Under the pieces are notes generated by a model that was not told where the DNA came from, did not search any database, and worked only from the letters and a program-made list of their open reading frames with translations. The position numbers and the translations under genes are program-made. From Haliotis rufescens (taxonomy: Eukaryota), in the NCBI RefSeq assembly GCF_023055435.1, contig NW_025963779.1, forward strand, positions 3,720,001-3,784,000: 64,000 nt of DNA. The letters are read 5' to 3'. Below, piece after piece: positions 61,539 through 64,000 of this stretch. Within the stretch, counting starts at the first letter, position 1. Each line of letters starts with the position of its first letter.

Positions 61539-62539
61539 TGGAACAGGCGTTCACCCCTGCTATAATACAGGTCGGACATTGCTAATTTGGCGGATGTTAT
61601 CACACTGAGAAACGAGGACACAACATATGTCATTGTTGCTTGTGTTAGTCATAAGACATGTTGTACAGAAATGGGAAGATTGCGAGCCCTTTTCAAACAT
61701 GACAAAAAGTGTCTGTGTTTTAGTCCCGTTGCTTTTATACTTTATATGCTGCCTTATCTTCCGGACGACCTTTCTACTTAAGCATGTAAATGGTTATCAC
61801 GTTCACAGAGGAACACAGTGTTGGCGTCTATATTCAAATTGGATATTGTGGTGATGCGTTGCTCTTTAATACATGGCAAAAATAATTCATGACTGTTTGT
61901 TCGAGAGAGAGACCCCACTTTTAACGTTTCATGTTCAACGGTGTTTCTGTTCTATATGCAAGAGTTAATAGATAACACAAGCAAGTCCATGCATGTAGGC
62001 TCTGTATTCACAACCCGCCAACACAAGAGATGCATGGGCAGTCCCAGTTACTACCATTGACAAGAAAGAAATACGGTCACATATTTTAGAAAGTCAGTGT
62101 GACATATTTCTTTGCCACAAAAATAAACAATATTGAAATGTTCGGCTGTTTTCACAGTTCCAGTTGACTTGATGCATGTTTGACATGCTGCATGACATAG
62201 CTGGGATATACACATAGTTCAGTGGCATTAGGGTAGCTTGCGACTTAGATGGCTGTCCTTCTAGAATGCAGTCAGACAACAGCAACAACAGCAACAACGG
62301 CAGGGTACGTGCAGCAGCAACAACAGCAATGACCGATGAGATGGCGCTTGTCCAACCTCGAGCCCTTTGTGACGTTGTTTTTGCTTCAGTTAAACTGGGC
62401 GGTGGTACGTTCTTGACGACATATAGACATCGTGAATGAACCCCAATCGGACGTGATGTCGGTTGAATTTATTATACTATGGTCTTGACTGGAGCATAAG
62501 CAAGTGCCTTAAATTGTGCGGGTTAAGAGATGATATCAT

Positions 62540-62960
62540 GTGAATTTATATGGCGCAAAGTTCAATGTATAACTGCGCTTAGATCAAGTTAGATCTTATT
62601 ACCGCGGTCACAGGATCAGTGTTCACTCGATGTTCATTCTCAGCTCCCTGGGGAGTATACAACTGAAGCAGTGTGAGGCGCGAGAAGGTTAACAGTCACA
62701 TTACCCTCTCTTTTACCGTGTACCCATTTTACTGTCGGGTCAGCAGGGGCACTTATCCGTTAAGGTCACGTGCCTGAGGAGACATCACGTGTGGGGAGGG
62801 ACGATAACCCTAGATAGAAAGATCGTCGCTATATGGCTGAAATAATGCCGATGCCACGTTAAATGTTAACTCACTCACTTACTAGATAGGAAGTCTCAGG
62901 AGTAACGCGGCCGAACACGGTCACCCACCCAACACCGACCGACGTTGCTTAACTTCAATT
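62540..62960 (-). mobile_element. Decayed 5S rRNA-derived SINE (SINE3-like) with conserved-core-like body
   Basis: Reverse complement GAAGTTAAGCAACGTCGG...GGGTGGGTGACC matches the 5S internal control region; body has CAGTAAAATGGGTAC and CTCCCCAGGGAG motifs; ends GCGCCATATAAAT. Confidence 0.7.
62821..62881 (+). mobile_element. Severely 5'-truncated SINE tail nested in the 5S-SINE
   Basis: CGTCGCTATATGGCTGAAATAATGCCGATGCCACGTTAAA..ACTCACTCAC (related fragment at 3293-3333); TSD CTAGATAG at 62810 and 62882. Confidence 0.8.
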
Positions 62961-63220
62961 GTAACCTGTGCTCGGCACACAGTGCCAAGCGCCATCACAG
63001 CGTATTTACCTAGTATGATCGTTATTACTTTTTGCCATCTCTTCAGTGACTGTTCCCTCATTCCCCAGATGAAGAAACGAGGCAGCGCCTGAAGCTATGT
63101 AGTAGTTTAAACCATGTCATCCATGCAGGCTATTATCGCATCTAAATGCCTGGTATCCACACTTGATTAGTATCTTATCTAGTTCATCTATAGTTGCTGT
63201 TGCGTCTGGCAGAGGTCATC

Positions 63221-63691
63221 AAATAAATAAAGCGACAAAACCCTTCTCATATCCTATATATATGGTTCCGACTATATCATGAGTATGTGCTCAAGAATCA
63301 CTATCAAATAGTGATGATACCAGGTGTTCGCGAAAAGATGAGCGTATTCTTCCCAACCGGTGGCACCCGTCACAAACACATGCAAAGGCAACTCAAATGT
63401 TCACCTGAAAAAACACGGGAACATATGGTACAGGTCAAACCAGGGAATTGCATCAGACATGATTTTTGTCACTGATGCGTCAAATTTGGAAATGCCCTCC
63501 AAATGTCTACTATTAAACTTTAGGAAAGCTTTACTGAGGCCTTGGGTGTTGTAACCTTGATCAAACAAATTCTGTGCAAGAGTCGTATGACGCTCTTTGA
63601 AATCATGGAAGAAAGAGCATGCTCGATTGTATCTCAAAAGTTGTGAAATGTAGACACCAAAGCCTGGAGCTGCTGGAATATTGCTCGACAT
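63221..63691 (-). mobile_element. PLE family D 3' fragment with uninterrupted RT-thumb frame and 3' UTR
   Basis: MSSNIPAAPGFGVYISQLLRYNRACSFFHDFKERHTTLAQNLFDQGY...FNSRH is a PLE RT thumb; the frame stops shortly after with no C-terminal GIY-YIG. Confidence 0.9.
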
Positions 63692-64000
63692 CGAACCCTT
63701 GTCCTGGCAGAACCATTCGCCGGAAGGTCTCACCTAGAAAATAAAATAGCGTTAAAAGTAAGCGTCAGCGATCAGTGATCCGTCACTGTGGAACTGGGGT
63801 AGACAGGTCGTTTTCCGTTCAGATTCTCCACAAGTCGCCAAGCTTGTTTCACCCCCTATAAAACTCACGGTATTAAATCTCCGTCACTTCCAGACATAGG
63901 GAGAGACACGACCACACATCCTGTGGGTACATGTAGCTATACATTGCAATGGTATGTTCATTTTGACACATACTAATGTGTTTAGAATTATATTAACATG

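Noticed and set aside
60351-62305. Plus-strand mini-exons (PPVSGTSPSEDAVVTMN; NAVRQQQQQQQRQ)
   Set aside because: Splice signals are modest, the poly-Q is a simple (CAA/CAG) repeat, and there is no supporting homology.
62918-62956. 5S rRNA gene
   Set aside because: Only the internal control region is similar, with a deletion; 5S termini are absent.

Overview
Eukaryotic, repeat-rich, largely non-coding DNA. The SINE repertoire and Penelope-like fragments point to a mollusc, probably a gastropod such as abalone; this is inferred from repeat types, not from a search. No intact protein-coding gene, rRNA, true tRNA gene or CRISPR array can be supported, and nearly all long ORFs in the track are translations of tandem repeats. 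Contents: (1) three SINE-like families sharing one 3' stem-loop tail: family A with a tRNA-Asp-like head, family B with a tRNA-Leu-like head, and family C with no tRNA head but a predicted kissing-loop 5' structure. Several copies have clear target-site duplications (TSDs). (2) A decayed 5S-rRNA-derived SINE with a nested insertion. (3) Penelope-like element (PLE) remnants: an RT core, RT thumbs and a structured 3' UTR in several copies. (4) An RLE-endonuclease LINE remnant and a hAT-type MITE. (5) About 15 micro/minisatellite arrays covering roughly 13 kb (~20%). Most notable: the 4-kb 60-bp array appears to be an amplified SINE-A tRNA head with an A-box-like motif in every unit, a 16-bp array arose inside a SINE-C copy, and two retroelement-associated RNA structures (SINE-C head, PLE 3' UTR) are conserved across copies. 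A few isolated exon-like segments are reported at low confidence.
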